64,000 nt of DNA from Polyangiales bacterium (GCA_044229975.1 JBGARZ010000001.1:352001-416000); one strand, 5' to 3'. Shown: positions 1-14,146, counted from the stretch's first letter. Translations and numbers: made by a program. Notes: generated by a model from the sequence alone, not told the origin.

Positions 1-957
1 GTGGATGCGGTGACCACGGAGATCGCGCCCATCGTCGACGTCGGGTCGCCCGCCGACACGGCAGCCCCCGTGGATGGCGCCGCGTGCGCGCCCTATCGCT
101 CGAGCGAGAGCTCGCCCGGCACCTGCGAGGAGACGGTGGTGTACCCCTGCGGGCTCCCGGCCGAGGCGCGCGTCGACGCTGGGTCGTTCATCAACTACGA
201 GCTGTGCCGCACGCTCTGCGCGCCCCTCGGCGACGGCTTCTTCGGCGGCGGTTGTCGGCGCCTGGACCCGCGCCCCGACGGCTCCGACCAGATCGCCTGC
301 ACGACCTGCGCGGTGGGTCGACGCAGCGAGGGATTGATGGCCGTCCACGGCGCGCGCGAGGCAGGGCCCGTGGGCGATTTCTTCGCGCGGGTCGCGACGC
401 TGGAGTGGGCCTCGGTGACGGCCTTCGAGCGCCTCGCGGACGACCTCGCGCGCCATGGAGCGCCGTCGGAGCTGGTCGTGGAGGCGCGGCGTTCGGCGGA
501 TGACGAGCGACGGCACACGGAGTCCATGGGCTCGCTGGCGAAGCGCTTCGGAGCGCCGGTGCGGGCGCCGGAGTTCGCGGCGACGGACGCACGCTCGCTG
601 GAGGCGGTGGCCATCGAGAATGCGGTGGAGGGCTGCGTGCGCGAGACCTTCGGCGCGCTGGTGGCGACGTGGCAGGCGAGGGCTTCGCAAGACGCCGTGG
701 TCGCGACGGCGCTGACCGACGTGGCGGCGGACGAGACGCGGCACGCGGAGTTCTCGTGGGCGCTGGGCCGATGGGCCGACGGGGTGCTCGACGAGGGCGC
801 GCGAGCTCGGGTGCGGGCGGCGCGTGATGAAGCGGTCGCGGAGCTGCGGGCGGAGCTCGATCGGGCGGTCGACCCGGCGCTGGTGAGCGTCGCGGGGATG
901 CCCGATCGTGCGACGGGGCTCGCGCTCTTCGCGGCGATGACCGACGCCCTCAACTGA
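1..957 (+). CDS. Ferritin-like (diiron) domain protein with Cys-rich N-terminal region; probably 5'-truncated by the window
   Basis: Motifs LEWASVTAF..L, DDERRH, ENAVEGCVRET and DETRHAEFSW fit the paired ExxH four-helix ferritin-like fold common in myxobacteria. Confidence 0.75.
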   Translation: MDAVTTEIAPIVDVGSPADTAAPVDGAACAPYRSSESSPGTCEETVVYPCGLPAEARVDAGSFINYELCRTLCAPLGDGFFGGGCRRLDPRPDGSDQIACTTCAVGRRSEGLMAVHGAREAGPVGDFFARVATLEWASVTAFERLADDLARHGAPSELVVEARRSADDERRHTESMGSLAKRFGAPVRAPEFAATDARSLEAVAIENAVEGCVRETFGALVATWQARASQDAVVATALTDVAADETRHAEFSWALGRWADGVLDEGARARVRAARDEAVAELRAELDRAVDPALVSVAGMPDRATGLALFAAMTDALN

Positions 958-1017
958 ACAGACGCGCGGGCGGCGATCTGCCGCAGCCGTGATTCTCTGA
1001 TAGCGTCGCGCCGCTCT

Positions 1018-2994
1018 ATGCGCGCTGAACGCACCCTCTCCGCGAACGCACTCGACGCGGCCTTTCCGTTCCGCATCACGCTCGACGAGGCGCTCACCAT
1101 CGTCGGTCTCGGCCCCGACCTCGCCAACACCGAGCTGAGGGTCGGCGCGAAGGCCGACGAGGTGATCCAGGCGCTCGATCAAGAGCTGTCCATCACGTGG
1201 AACAGCCTGCTCGCTCACGAGGGCGCGCAGGTGCTGCTGCAACCCCGCGGCGGGCGTCGGCTCGCGGCGGTGATCGTGCGCGACCCGGAGAGCGGGCTCG
1301 TGCACCTGCTGGCGCGGTCGGCCGAGCGCGCCCTCGAAGAAGACCGCGCGGGCTACGTGCTGCTCGAAGAGCTCGCGCGGGCGAGCAGCGCCGACCTCGA
1401 CACCGCGCTGCGGCGACTGTTGCCGGCGGCGGCGGCGTTCATCAACGTCGATCGGGTCTCGTACGCGACGCTGAGCGAAGACGCGTCGTACCTCGTGTAC
1501 GAGGGCCTGCACCTGCGCCAGACAGGCGGGTTCGAGCGCGGCCTGACGCTGTATGCGCGGGACTACCCGATCTATTTCGCGACGCTCCAGCGCGGTCAGG
1601 TGATCGCCGCGCACGACGTCCAGTACGACGCGCGCACCAGGGAGTTCACCGACGGGTACCTCCGCCCGCTCGGCATCGGCGCGATGCTCGACGCGCCCGT
1701 CTTCGTCGGCGGAACGCTCGCGGGCGTGCTCTGCCACGAGCACATCGGCGAGGCGCGGGTCTTCTCGGCGCGCGATCAGCAGGTGGCGGTGGCCGTGGCG
1801 CAGGCGATCTCGCAGGTGATCGGCGCGCAGGAGCGGCGCCGGGCCGAGGAGGTGGTTCGTTCGAGCGAGGCGCGGTTTCGGGCGCTCTCCGACGCGTCAC
1901 CGATCGCGGTGCTGGTCACGGCGCTCGGCGACGGGCAGGTGCTCTACGCCAACCGCGAGCTCGCCACGATGCTGCAATCGACGCCCGAGGAGATCCTCAC
2001 GCGCCATTCCATCGACTTCTACGCCGAGCCGTCGCAGCGCGAGCGCATCATCGAGCGCATCCGCCGCGACGGCTTCACGCGCGAGGAGGAGCTGCTCATA
2101 CAGCGCCCCGACGGGTCGCGGTTCTGGGGGATGCTCTCGGCGCAGCCGACGGTGTTCGACGGTCGGCAGGCATTTCTGTGCGGCATCGTCGACCTGACCG
2201 AGCACAAGAATTCCGAGGCGCGCGTTCGCTCGGTGGTCCGCACGCTCGAAGAGCGCGACGCGCTGATGACCGACGACCTCGCGCGGGCCCGGGCGTTTCA
2301 AGAGGCTCTGTTGCCGCGTGCGATCGAGCGGAGCGACGTGCGGGTCGAGGCGACGCACCGGCCGGTCGACGAGGTGAGCGGCGACCTCTACGACGTGGAG
2401 GTCGTCGACGACCGCTACCTCCGGATGTTTCTGGCCGACGCGACGGGGCACGGCGTGAGCGCCGCGCTGACCACCATGTTCCTCCGCAGCGAGTACGACG
2501 TGGCGAGCCGCGACGAGCTCTCCCCGAGCGCGGTGCTGCGTGCGCTCAACGCCCGCATGGGGCGCTTCCACGAGCGCCTCGCGATGCGCTTCACGGCGGC
2601 CTGCCTGACGCTCGATCTGCGCACCGGACACCTGCGCTGGTCGAGCGCGGCGCACCCGGCCATGTGCCTCGTGCGCGACGGCATCGTGACCGAGCTCGAC
2701 ACCGGCGGAACCTTCGTCGGGCTCGTCGCCGACGCGGAGTTCGCCGAGTGGAGCATGTCACTGCGCCCCGACGACTCGATCTGCGCCTTCACCGACGGGC
2801 TCGCCGAGGCGCTCGACGACGAGGGCCGTCCGCTCGGAGAGCGCGCGCTCTACGACGCCTTGAGCCGCGCCAGCAGTGGCCGCCAGTCGCTCACCGCCGA
2901 GGCGCTTCGGGCGGCGCTCGACCACGCTCCGACGCCGCGCGACGACATCGCCGTGGTGGTGGCGACGTGGCGCCCGACCGCTCGGCCAGCCTGA
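1018..2994 (+). CDS. SpoIIE/PP2C-family phosphatase with HNOBA-like N-terminus, GAF and PAS domains
   Basis: GAF ([35 protein letters not shown]), PAS ([18 protein letters not shown]), PP2C motifs [28 protein letters not shown]. Confidence 0.9.
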   Translation: MRAERTLSANALDAAFPFRITLDEALTIVGLGPDLANTELRVGAKADEVIQALDQELSITWNSLLAHEGAQVLLQPRGGRRLAAVIVRDPESGLVHLLARSAERALEEDRAGYVLLEELARASSADLDTALRRLLPAAAAFINVDRVSYATLSEDASYLVYEGLHLRQTGGFERGLTLYARDYPIYFATLQRGQVIAAHDVQYDARTREFTDGYLRPLGIGAMLDAPVFVGGTLAGVLCHEHIGEARVFSARDQQVAVAVAQAISQVIGAQERRRAEEVVRSSEARFRALSDASPIAVLVTALGDGQVLYANRELATMLQSTPEEILTRHSIDFYAEPSQRERIIERIRRDGFTREEELLIQRPDGSRFWGMLSAQPTVFDGRQAFLCGIVDLTEHKNSEARVRSVVRTLEERDALMTDDLARARAFQEALLPRAIERSDVRVEATHRPVDEVSGDLYDVEVVDDRYLRMFLADATGHGVSAALTTMFLRSEYDVASRDELSPSAVLRALNARMGRFHERLAMRFTAACLTLDLRTGHLRWSSAAHPAMCLVRDGIVTELDTGGTFVGLVADAEFAEWSMSLRPDDSICAFTDGLAEALDDEGRPLGERALYDALSRASSGRQSLTAEALRAALDHAPTPRDDIAVVVATWRPTARPA

Positions 2995-3048
2995 GCCGAG
3001 GCCATCGGACCGCGTGGGCGTTGTCGGGGGGCAGAGGGTGGTCTATGA

Positions 3049-3125
3049 CTTCGCGCCCCGGAAGAGTCCCGCGGTGGTTCGGGTTGTGCCGATGCACGAC
3101 GACCACCGCGGCGCTCTCCGCGAAG
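3049..3125 (+). promoter_or_regulatory. Long nested hairpin in the secA leader (candidate cis-regulatory RNA)
   Basis: Complementary pairs 3049-3055/3119-3125, 3063-3067/3113-3117, 3069-3078/3102-3111 (perfect 10 bp) and 3083-3089/3094-3100, directly upstream of the GGAAGGA RBS. Confidence 0.45.
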
Positions 3126-3142
3126 ACGGAAGGACCCTCCCG

Positions 3143-6361
<3,219 letters not shown>

Positions 6362-6388
6362 GTCGCTCCTCTCAGCGGGCGGTGGCCG

Positions 6389-8272
6389 TCACCGCCCGAC
6401 CTTCCGCTCCAGCTCCCCCCATCGCAGCGTAAACACCACCGGCCGCCCGTGAGGGCAGTGCCCGGCGAAGTCCACCGTGTCGAGCGACGCGAGCAGCGCG
6501 CGCACCTCCTCGGGCTGCATCTCGTCGCCGCCGCGCACCGAGCCGTGGCAGGCCATGGTCGCGAGCACGAGGTCGACGGCCTTGCTGAAGTCGTTGCCCT
6601 GGCGGGAGAGCTCGCTCACGAGGTCGCGCGCGAGGCGACGCGGGTCAGCGCGCACGAGGATGGCGGGCACGGCGCGCACGGCGACGGTGGTGGGTCCGAG
6701 CGCGGCGAGGTCGAGGCCGACGGAGAGGAGCTCGTCGGAGCGCTCTTCGACGAGGGCGACCTCGTCGGCGGCGAGCTCGACCCGCTCGGGCACGAGCAGC
6801 GGCTGCATCGGGACGCTGCGCGTGACGTAGGACTTGCGCAGGCGCTCGAAGGTGACGCGCTCGGCGGCGGCGTGTTGATCGAGGATGACCACGCCGGTCT
6901 CGCCCTCGCACACGAGGAACATCCGCCGGAGCTGCCCCACGTACCGCAGCGCCCCGAAGCTCGTGCCGTGCAGCTCGGCGCGGGCGGAGGCCGCGTCGGT
7001 GGGTCGGGCCTCGCTGACGGAGGGCGCGATGGTCATCGCCGCGCGCGCGACGTCGCCGTAGTCCGCGGGCGGAAACGGCGCCGTGAGCAGTCGTGCCCAG
7101 GGGTCGCCGCCGTCGATGGGCGCCGTCACGAAGGCAGCAGGCGCACGGCCTTCGAGCGGGAGCCGAGGGACGTCGCGGGCGAGAGATGGCAGTGCCTCCA
7201 TCGGCTCCGTGGAGGGTGGCTTGTGGACGGAGGGCGCGGGCGAGAGGTGGTCGCTCCAGAAGTCGCGCGGGCGGGTCGTGGCGAGGGCCCAGGGGGCGGT
7301 CGCGGCGGCGTCGCGCAGGACGGTCATCACGGCTTCGAAGACGGCGCCCTGCGAGGCGAAGCGCACCTCGGTCTTCTGCGGGTGGACGTTGACGTCGACG
7401 TCCTCGGCGGGGACCTCCACCATCACGGCCCCGGCGGGGTAGCGCCCGGACTCCAGCGTCGAGCCGTACGCCTGCGCGACGGCGCGGAGCAGGAGGCGGT
7501 CCTTCACGTGGCGGCCGTTGACGTAGAGCATGAGGTGCGACGCGCCGCTGCGAGCCCGCTCGGGGGGGCCGAGGAGACCCACCACACGCACCCTGCCGCG
7601 CGACCCGCGCAGGTCGGCGAGCGGCTCGTCGGGGAGCACCTCGCGCACCCGCGCAGCGACGTCCGCGTGGCGGAGGAACTCCCGCACCACCTTGCCGTCA
7701 CGTCGCACCACGAAGCGCACGTCGGGCTTCGGGATGGCGAGGCGCACCAACACGTCGACGCACGCCGCCCCTTCGGTCTGCGGGGTGCGCATGAACTTCC
7801 GCCGCGCGGGGGTGTTGTAGAAGAGGTCCTCGATGCAGACGGTGGTGCCCTCGGCGCAGCCCGCGGGTTTGATGACCGCGGGCGCGCCGCCCTCGACGGT
7901 GGCCTCGTTGCCTTCGCCCGCACCGCGAGCGCGCGAGGTGACGCGGGCGCGGGACACCGACGCGATGGAGGGCAGCGCCTCGCCGCGGAAGCCGTAGGTG
8001 CCGACCCCGACGAGGTCGTCGGCCGAGCGGATCTTGCTCGTCGCGTGGCGCAAGAGGGCCAAGCGCAGGTCGCCCTCACCCATGCCCACACCGTCATCGG
8101 TGACTGCGACGCGCGCGAGCCCTCCCCCGTCGACGGAGACGGTGATGGTGGTGGCGCCCGCGTCGAGGGCGTTCTCCACGAGCTCCTTCAACACCGAGGC
8201 GGGGCGCTCGACCACCTCCCCCGCGGCGATCTGATTGGCCACCTCTGGCGGCAGCAACGCGACGACTGACAC
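6389..8272 (-). CDS. mutL: DNA mismatch repair endonuclease MutL
   Basis: NQIAAGEVVERPASVLKELVENALDAGA, GFRGEAL, DVNVHPQKTEV, endonuclease motifs DQHAAAER, ACH, CPHGRP. Confidence 0.97.
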   Translation of the reverse strand: MSVVALLPPEVANQIAAGEVVERPASVLKELVENALDAGATTITVSVDGGGLARVAVTDDGVGMGEGDLRLALLRHATSKIRSADDLVGVGTYGFRGEALPSIASVSRARVTSRARGAGEGNEATVEGGAPAVIKPAGCAEGTTVCIEDLFYNTPARRKFMRTPQTEGAACVDVLVRLAIPKPDVRFVVRRDGKVVREFLRHADVAARVREVLPDEPLADLRGSRGRVRVVGLLGPPERARSGASHLMLYVNGRHVKDRLLLRAVAQAYGSTLESGRYPAGAVMVEVPAEDVDVNVHPQKTEVRFASQGAVFEAVMTVLRDAAATAPWALATTRPRDFWSDHLSPAPSVHKPPSTEPMEALPSLARDVPRLPLEGRAPAAFVTAPIDGGDPWARLLTAPFPPADYGDVARAAMTIAPSVSEARPTDAASARAELHGTSFGALRYVGQLRRMFLVCEGETGVVILDQHAAAERVTFERLRKSYVTRSVPMQPLLVPERVELAADEVALVEERSDELLSVGLDLAALGPTTVAVRAVPAILVRADPRRLARDLVSELSRQGNDFSKAVDLVLATMACHGSVRGGDEMQPEEVRALLASLDTVDFAGHCPHGRPVVFTLRWGELERKVGR

Positions 8273-8381
8273 CGCGCGACGCTAACACGGCGGGCGCGGT
8301 CCGTTCGATTGACCCCGAAAGCAGCGCGATGCTAGCGTCGCACGGCGCGGATTGGTGGTTGTGGTCCGCGATGCCACCACA

Positions 8382-10547
8382 ATGAAGTTCTGTCCCAAGT
8401 GCAGTAGCGAGTACGACGATCACGTCGTCTTTTGCACACGGGACGGCAGCCCTCTGAAGACCAGCGTGGGCACCAGCACGATGCGCTCGCCGGGCATGAC
8501 CCTGTCGTCGGGTCGCGGCTCCGCGCTCGGCACCGCCGCGCTCCGATCGGCCAGCACCCGCGGGTCCAGCGCGGCCCTCGCGCTCAGCCTCCCCTTCCCC
8601 GATCACACGCCCGCCGACGGGCTCACGCGCGAGGTCGAGATCACCCCGGTCTCGTCGCGCATCGACGACGACATCGTGCCCGGCAGCGAGATGGATCCGT
8701 ACGCCGACAGCCCCACGGTGGCGGTGCCCGCGCCGGTGATGATGGTGTCGTATCCGCCCGACGCGCCGCCGCGTCCGCGCGCCACCGACGCGGAGCCCGA
8801 GCGGGCCCACACGCGCGTGCGCTCGACCACCGACGGCGTCGACGAGGCGCCCGGCGCAGCGGGCGGCACCGTCCCACCGCGCAGCGAGCGGACTTCGCTC
8901 GATGGCACCGAGGAGGACGACGGCGGCGGGCCCGATCTCTCCGGGCGCGTCATCGCGAAGCGCTACCTCCTGAAGAGCCGCCTCGGCTTCGGCGGCATGG
9001 GCGTGGTCTACAAGGCCATCGACCAGCGGCTGGAGAAGGCCGTCGCCATCAAGGTGTTGAAGGAGGAGTTCTCCAAGCGGCAGGACGTGGTCGCGCGCTT
9101 CACCCAGGAGGCCAAGTCCGTCGCGCGCATCAAGCACGAGAACGTGCTCGACGTGACCGACTACGGTCAGTCGGACTCGGGTGACTACTACATCGCGATG
9201 GAGCTCCTCGTCGGCATCGACCTGGCGCAGGCGCTGGCGATGGAGAACCGCGAGCCCATGACCGTCGACCGCGCGACGGACATCGCGGTGCAGATCTGTC
9301 GCGCGCTCGGCGCCGCCCACGCGCTCGGCGTGGTGCACCGGGACATGAAGCCCGAAAACGTCTTCCTGGTCCGCACCGACGACGGGCGCGAGCTGGTGAA
9401 GATCGTCGACTTCGGCATCGCCCAGATGAAGGACACGGCCGGGGGCGAGAGCAGCCGCAAGCTCACCCAGGCCGGGATGGTGTTCGGCACGCTCGACTAC
9501 ATGCCGCCGGAGCAGGCGTCGGGCAGCGCCATCGACCACCGCGTCGACGTGTATGCGACGGGCGTGATCCTCTACGAGATGTTCGCGGGGCGCGTGCCCT
9601 TCTATGCGGACACCCCGCTCGACGTGTTGCGGCAGCACCTCAGCAGCGCGGGGCCGCCGCCCATCCACGACGTCAACCCCGACGCCGACGTCTCGCCCGA
9701 GTTCGCGGCCGTCATCTACAAGGCCCTCGCGAAGGAGCCCGGTCAGCGTCACGCGTCCATGAGCGAGTTCGCCGACGAACTCCTCCGCGCGCGCCAGGGC
9801 ACCCGGCCGACGGCGCCGGCCGACGGCACCCATCCGCTGCGCGCGCCCACGCCCGCCGCGGCCCTCCAGGCTCCGCCGCAGGTGGCGCCCCACAACCCTG
9901 CCCCGCCGCCCGGGTGGCCCGCGACCGTGGGCCCGGCCGGCAACATGGACGTCGAGCCCGCGCGCCGCCGCTCGCCCGTGGTGCCCATCGTGGTGGGGAT
10001 GCTCGCCCTCGCGCTCGTCGTGGGTCTCGGCCTCCTCGCGCTCAACCGCTCGTCGGGTGACCACGTCGCGCCGCCGCGCGTCGGCGCTCACCCCACGCCG
10101 ACTCCGACGGCCCCGGTGCTTCGCCCGGTTCTTCCGACGGCGCCCGCGGTGCCTCCCGTGATGCCTCCTGCCGTGGCGGCGCCTCCGGTGGTCGCTCCGG
10201 CCGCGACGACGGTCACGATGGTCATCGAGACCAGCCCGGCGGGCGGTGACGTGCGCGGGGTCGCCGAGGAGGGCAACCGCGAGCTCTTCAACTGCCGCGC
10301 GCCGTGCACGCAGCAGGTCGCGCCGCAGCAGTGGGTGCGCCTGTCCGCGCGCAAGGGCAACACCCAGGGCATCGCCCGCGTCATGCCCACCAATCCCACG
10401 ACCTCGGTGGTCATCCCGCTCGCCGTCGTACCCAATCGTCCGCGCTCGACCCCGTCGGGCGGTCGCACCAGCCATCCGCGCTGCGGCGAAATCGACCCGG
10501 TCTCCGGACTGATGACCCCCTGCTTCGATCATGGCGCAACGCGGTGA
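8382..10547 (+). CDS. Membrane Ser/Thr protein kinase with N-terminal zinc ribbon
   Basis: N-terminal CPKC..FCTRDG; kinase motifs LGFGGMGVVY, AIK, HRDMKPEN, DFG, GTLDYMPPEQ; one TM helix; Pro-rich tail. Confidence 0.93.
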   Translation: MKFCPKCSSEYDDHVVFCTRDGSPLKTSVGTSTMRSPGMTLSSGRGSALGTAALRSASTRGSSAALALSLPFPDHTPADGLTREVEITPVSSRIDDDIVPGSEMDPYADSPTVAVPAPVMMVSYPPDAPPRPRATDAEPERAHTRVRSTTDGVDEAPGAAGGTVPPRSERTSLDGTEEDDGGGPDLSGRVIAKRYLLKSRLGFGGMGVVYKAIDQRLEKAVAIKVLKEEFSKRQDVVARFTQEAKSVARIKHENVLDVTDYGQSDSGDYYIAMELLVGIDLAQALAMENREPMTVDRATDIAVQICRALGAAHALGVVHRDMKPENVFLVRTDDGRELVKIVDFGIAQMKDTAGGESSRKLTQAGMVFGTLDYMPPEQASGSAIDHRVDVYATGVILYEMFAGRVPFYADTPLDVLRQHLSSAGPPPIHDVNPDADVSPEFAAVIYKALAKEPGQRHASMSEFADELLRARQGTRPTAPADGTHPLRAPTPAAALQAPPQVAPHNPAPPPGWPATVGPAGNMDVEPARRRSPVVPIVVGMLALALVVGLGLLALNRSSGDHVAPPRVGAHPTPTPTAPVLRPVLPTAPAVPPVMPPAVAAPPVVAPAATTVTMVIETSPAGGDVRGVAEEGNRELFNCRAPCTQQVAPQQWVRLSARKGNTQGIARVMPTNPTTSVVIPLAVVPNRPRSTPSGGRTSHPRCGEIDPVSGLMTPCFDHGATR

Positions 10548-12291
10548 GGTCGGGTTGGTGATCGAGGCCGCCGAGCCGACCCGCGACGCGCCGACCGAGG
10601 TGCTGCCGCGACGCTTCGGGCGCTACACGCTCCTGCGGCGCCTCGCGAGTGGTGGGATGGCCGAGCTCTACCTCGCGCTGCACCGCTCGCTCGCGGGCTT
10701 CGAGCGGCTGGTGGTCATCAAGCGCATCCTCCCCGAGCTCGGTCGCGACCAGGCCTTCATCACGATGCTGCTCCAGGAGGCCCGCATCGCGGCGACCTTC
10801 TCGCACCCCAACATCGTGACGACCTTCGACGTCGACCAGGCGGAGGACGAGTACTTCATCGCGATGGAGCACATCCACGGCGAAGACCTCCGCTCCATCG
10901 TGCGCGCCATGCGCCCGAAGGGCGTGAAGGACTTCCCCCTGGAGCACGCGCTCGCCATCGGCGTCGGCGCCGCCGCGGGCCTCGCGTACGCCCACGAACA
11001 GAAAGACCTCCACGGCGTCCCCCTCGCGGTGGTGCACCGCGACATCTCCCCGCAGAACATCCTCGTGACCTTCACCGGCGACGTGAAGGTGGTGGACTTC
11101 GGCATCGCCAAGGCGCGCCTCTCGCACCACGAGGAGAGCGTCGCCCCGGGCGACTCGCGCTTCAACTCCGGGGTCATCACCACCGGCGTGCTGCCCGACA
11201 CGGGCACTGGCAAGGTGAAGGGCAAGCTGCCGTACATGTCCCCCGAGCAGGCGCGCGGCGAGGCGCTCGACGCCCGCAGCGACATCTTCTCGCTGGGCAT
11301 CATCCTCTTCGAGCTGTGCACCGGCCGACGCCTCTTCCGCGGCGCCAACGACCCCGAGACGCTCCAGCTCATCCTCGACGGCAAGTACCCCGACCCCTCG
11401 GCGGTCAACCCGCGCATCTCGCCCCGCCTCGGCGCCGTCATCACCAAGGCCCTCGCCTTCGACCGCAACGACCGCTACGCCACGGCGCGCGAGCTCCAGT
11501 CCGACCTGGTCAACGCCGTCCACGCCGAGCACATCGCGCTCTCGTCGGTGGCCTTCGGCGAGTGGATGCAGATGCTCTTCGCCGAGCGCCTCGCCTCCGC
11601 GCAGACCGCCCTCGCCGAGGGCAAGCAGCTCGCCGACGTGCTCGCCGCCGAAGGGGGGCGCGACACCGACGGATCGTCCCCGCGCTCCAACCCGTCGGGC
11701 TCGACCGAGCGACCGGTCGCCGTGCCGCGCCCCTTCACGCCGCCCCCGGAGACGTCACGGCTCACGGTGGTGCTCGTCGCCGTCATCGTCGTGCTCCTGC
11801 TCGCCGTCGTGGCCGCGGTCGCCATGCGCCGGCCGACCACCCCACCGCTCCGCGCCACGGCCCCGGTGTCCGCTCCGGCCGTCGTTGCGCCGCCCGCACC
11901 CGCACCCGCGGCGGTGCCTGCGGTCGCGGCGCCGGTGGCCGTCGCGGAGGATGTTCCGGCTGCGGCCGACGACGAGCCGACGGCCCGCGCCCACGTGGGC
12001 CGCGCCCATGGTGGTCGTCATGTTCCCGTAGCAGCCGCTGCACCCACGCCGGCGGCTCCTGCGACCGCCGCGGCGGATGAGACGCCCGGCCGCCTCACCG
12101 TCGGCGCCTCGGGGACGTGGTGCACCGTCACCGTCGACGACATCGGCCGCGGTCAGACGCCGGTGGTCGGGCTCTCGCTTCCGCCGGGCACCCATCGCAT
12201 CCGGTGCATCAACCCCGAGCGCGGCACCCAGGAGCGCACCGTCACCCTCAGCCCCGGGCAAGACCTTCGCGTCCGCATCACCTTCCCGTAG
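10531..12291 (+). CDS. Membrane Ser/Thr protein kinase with C-terminal PEGA-like domain
   Basis: LASGGMAELY, VIK, HRDISPQN, DFG, KGKLPYMSPEQ; TM helix; C-terminal GQTP..LPPGTHRI. Overlaps the upstream kinase by 17 bp. Confidence 0.93.
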   Translation: MAQRGEVGLVIEAAEPTRDAPTEVLPRRFGRYTLLRRLASGGMAELYLALHRSLAGFERLVVIKRILPELGRDQAFITMLLQEARIAATFSHPNIVTTFDVDQAEDEYFIAMEHIHGEDLRSIVRAMRPKGVKDFPLEHALAIGVGAAAGLAYAHEQKDLHGVPLAVVHRDISPQNILVTFTGDVKVVDFGIAKARLSHHEESVAPGDSRFNSGVITTGVLPDTGTGKVKGKLPYMSPEQARGEALDARSDIFSLGIILFELCTGRRLFRGANDPETLQLILDGKYPDPSAVNPRISPRLGAVITKALAFDRNDRYATARELQSDLVNAVHAEHIALSSVAFGEWMQMLFAERLASAQTALAEGKQLADVLAAEGGRDTDGSSPRSNPSGSTERPVAVPRPFTPPPETSRLTVVLVAVIVVLLLAVVAAVAMRRPTTPPLRATAPVSAPAVVAPPAPAPAAVPAVAAPVAVAEDVPAAADDEPTARAHVGRAHGGRHVPVAAAAPTPAAPATAAADETPGRLTVGASGTWCTVTVDDIGRGQTPVVGLSLPPGTHRIRCINPERGTQERTVTLSPGQDLRVRITFP

Positions 12292-12307
12292 TCTCCGCCG
12301 CCCTCCG

Positions 12308-13351
12308 ATGGCGACCACCCCGACCGCCCCCACCGACGACGCGATCGTCGACCCGCCTCCCGCACCCGCCCCGCCGTCCGCCCTGCGCCGCGCGTGGGAG
12401 GCCTGGCCCGGACGCGTGCTCCGCCTCGGCATCGCGGCGCTGCCGCTGTACTGGCTCTTCCAGCGCCTCAAGTGGCAGGAGGTCGTGGACGAGGCCGTCG
12501 CGGTGGGGCCGCTGGGCATCGCGGCGGCGTTCGGGTGCGTGTTTCTCTCCGTCGTCGTCGGGGCGTTTCGCTGGGGCGTCGTGCTGCGCGCGTACGGCGC
12601 CACGGAGCTGCCCCCGCTCACCACCATGCTGCGCCACAACCTCGTGGGGCTGTGGTTCAACCTGCTGCCGAGCGGCGTGGCGGGCGACGCCGTGCGCGGC
12701 CATCGGGTGCGCGCCGTCGCGGGCGGCCTCACCACCTCGTACACGGTGCTCTTCGTCGAGCGCGTCTCCGGGCTCCTCGGGCTGTGCCTCATCGCCGCCC
12801 TCTCGTCGCTCTCGCCCGTCTCCCTTCGCAGCGACGCCGTCTCGTGGACCCTCGGCCTCGGCGTGCTCGGCGCCTCGGGGCTGAGCCTCGTGCTGCTGCT
12901 GGTCCCCTACGCCGTCGCGCGTCGACCCTCGCTGCGGGAGTTCGTCACGCGCGTGCCCGTGCTGGGCGCGGTGCTGGTGAAGGTGCCGCCCGCGCGCTCG
13001 CTCCGGGGGCCGCTGCTCTCGGTGCTGCTCTCGGTGTTTACCCAGGGCGCGCTGGTGTTGTGCGTCTACTGCCTGCTCAGCCCGCTCTCGCGCCACGCCA
13101 CGCTCGCGGTGTGCGCGCGCGTGGTGCCGGCGATCATCCTGGTGACGTACGTTCCGATCACGCCGGGGGGCCTCGGGCAGCGCGAGGCGGCGTTTACCGC
13201 GCTCTTCGGCCTCGCGGGGGTGCCGGGCACCATGGCCGTGGCCGCGTCGCTGCTGTACTTCGCCGAGATCGTCGGGGTGTCGGTGCTCGGAGGCGTGTGC
13301 CTCGCGGCCGAGCGCCTGGCCGCCGCGCGCGGCCGAGCGTGGGACGACTGA
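12308..13351 (+). CDS. Lysylphosphatidylglycerol-synthase TM domain (flippase-like) membrane protein
   Basis: Multi-TM; RW..L, FNLLPSGVAGDAVR, ER..GL, PITPGGLGQREAA. Confidence 0.85.
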   Translation: MATTPTAPTDDAIVDPPPAPAPPSALRRAWEAWPGRVLRLGIAALPLYWLFQRLKWQEVVDEAVAVGPLGIAAAFGCVFLSVVVGAFRWGVVLRAYGATELPPLTTMLRHNLVGLWFNLLPSGVAGDAVRGHRVRAVAGGLTTSYTVLFVERVSGLLGLCLIAALSSLSPVSLRSDAVSWTLGLGVLGASGLSLVLLLVPYAVARRPSLREFVTRVPVLGAVLVKVPPARSLRGPLLSVLLSVFTQGALVLCVYCLLSPLSRHATLAVCARVVPAIILVTYVPITPGGLGQREAAFTALFGLAGVPGTMAVAASLLYFAEIVGVSVLGGVCLAAERLAAARGRAWDD

Positions 13352-14146
13352 TCAGAAGTAGTAGGTGCCGCCGCCGAGGATGCCGATGAGACCGCCGGTG
13401 CCGTCGTCGGTGTTGGGGCTGAGCACGACGTGGTCGTAGCGGACGACCAGCTCCAGCGCGAACGAGTTGCTGAGCTCGATCTCGGCGCCCGCCGCGGCCC
13501 CGACGGAGACGCCGGTGCCGCTCGACGACGTCGTGGTGACCGGCCCGGAAGAGTCGCTCTCCGCCAACACGCTGAACGCGTCGACGATGCCTTCGAGGTA
13601 CGGGCGGAAGACGCCGCGCGGCGCCGTCCAACGAAACGCTGCTCCGTAGAACACGGTCGTGTAGGAGGTGCCCGGGAGGTCGGTGAAGCCGTTGGACCGG
13701 GCGCCCAGCTCGGCGCGGACGGAGATGCCCGAGCCCGTCGCCCAGCCGATGTGCGCGTAGCCCATGAAGCCCGTGCTGAGAAACTCGCCGTACTCGCCGA
13801 CGACCGGAATCGCCGCGCCGCCGAGCAGTCCGACGAAGAGCCCCTGACGCGCGGGCGGAGGCGGCTGCACGACGGGCACGGGCTGGCGACCGTAGGGCTG
13901 GGGCTGGGTCATCATCACGGGCTGGGTGCGGGCCACGGGCGGCGGAGCGTTGTAGCCGGTGACGGGTGGTGGAGCGTTGTACCCGGGCTGCACCGCCGGG
14001 GGCGCGTCGTAGGTCGGCGGCGGCGCGACCGGCGTCGGTGCGACGGGCGGCGGCGCGGGGTTGTTGAGCCGCGCAGGGTCGGCGGACGCGAGCGCAGGCA
14101 CCAGGAGCAACGACGCGGGGAGGAGACCGAGCACGATCTGACGCAT
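13352..14146 (-). CDS. Outer-membrane beta-barrel protein with Pro-rich N-terminal linker
   Basis: Signal peptide (..PALASA), Pro-rich segment, alternating beta-strands, terminal TYYF. Confidence 0.7.
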   Translation of the reverse strand: MRQIVLGLLPASLLLVPALASADPARLNNPAPPPVAPTPVAPPPTYDAPPAVQPGYNAPPPVTGYNAPPPVARTQPVMMTQPQPYGRQPVPVVQPPPPARQGLFVGLLGGAAIPVVGEYGEFLSTGFMGYAHIGWATGSGISVRAELGARSNGFTDLPGTSYTTVFYGAAFRWTAPRGVFRPYLEGIVDAFSVLAESDSSGPVTTTSSSGTGVSVGAAAGAEIELSNSFALELVVRYDHVVLSPNTDDGTGGLIGILGGGTYYF

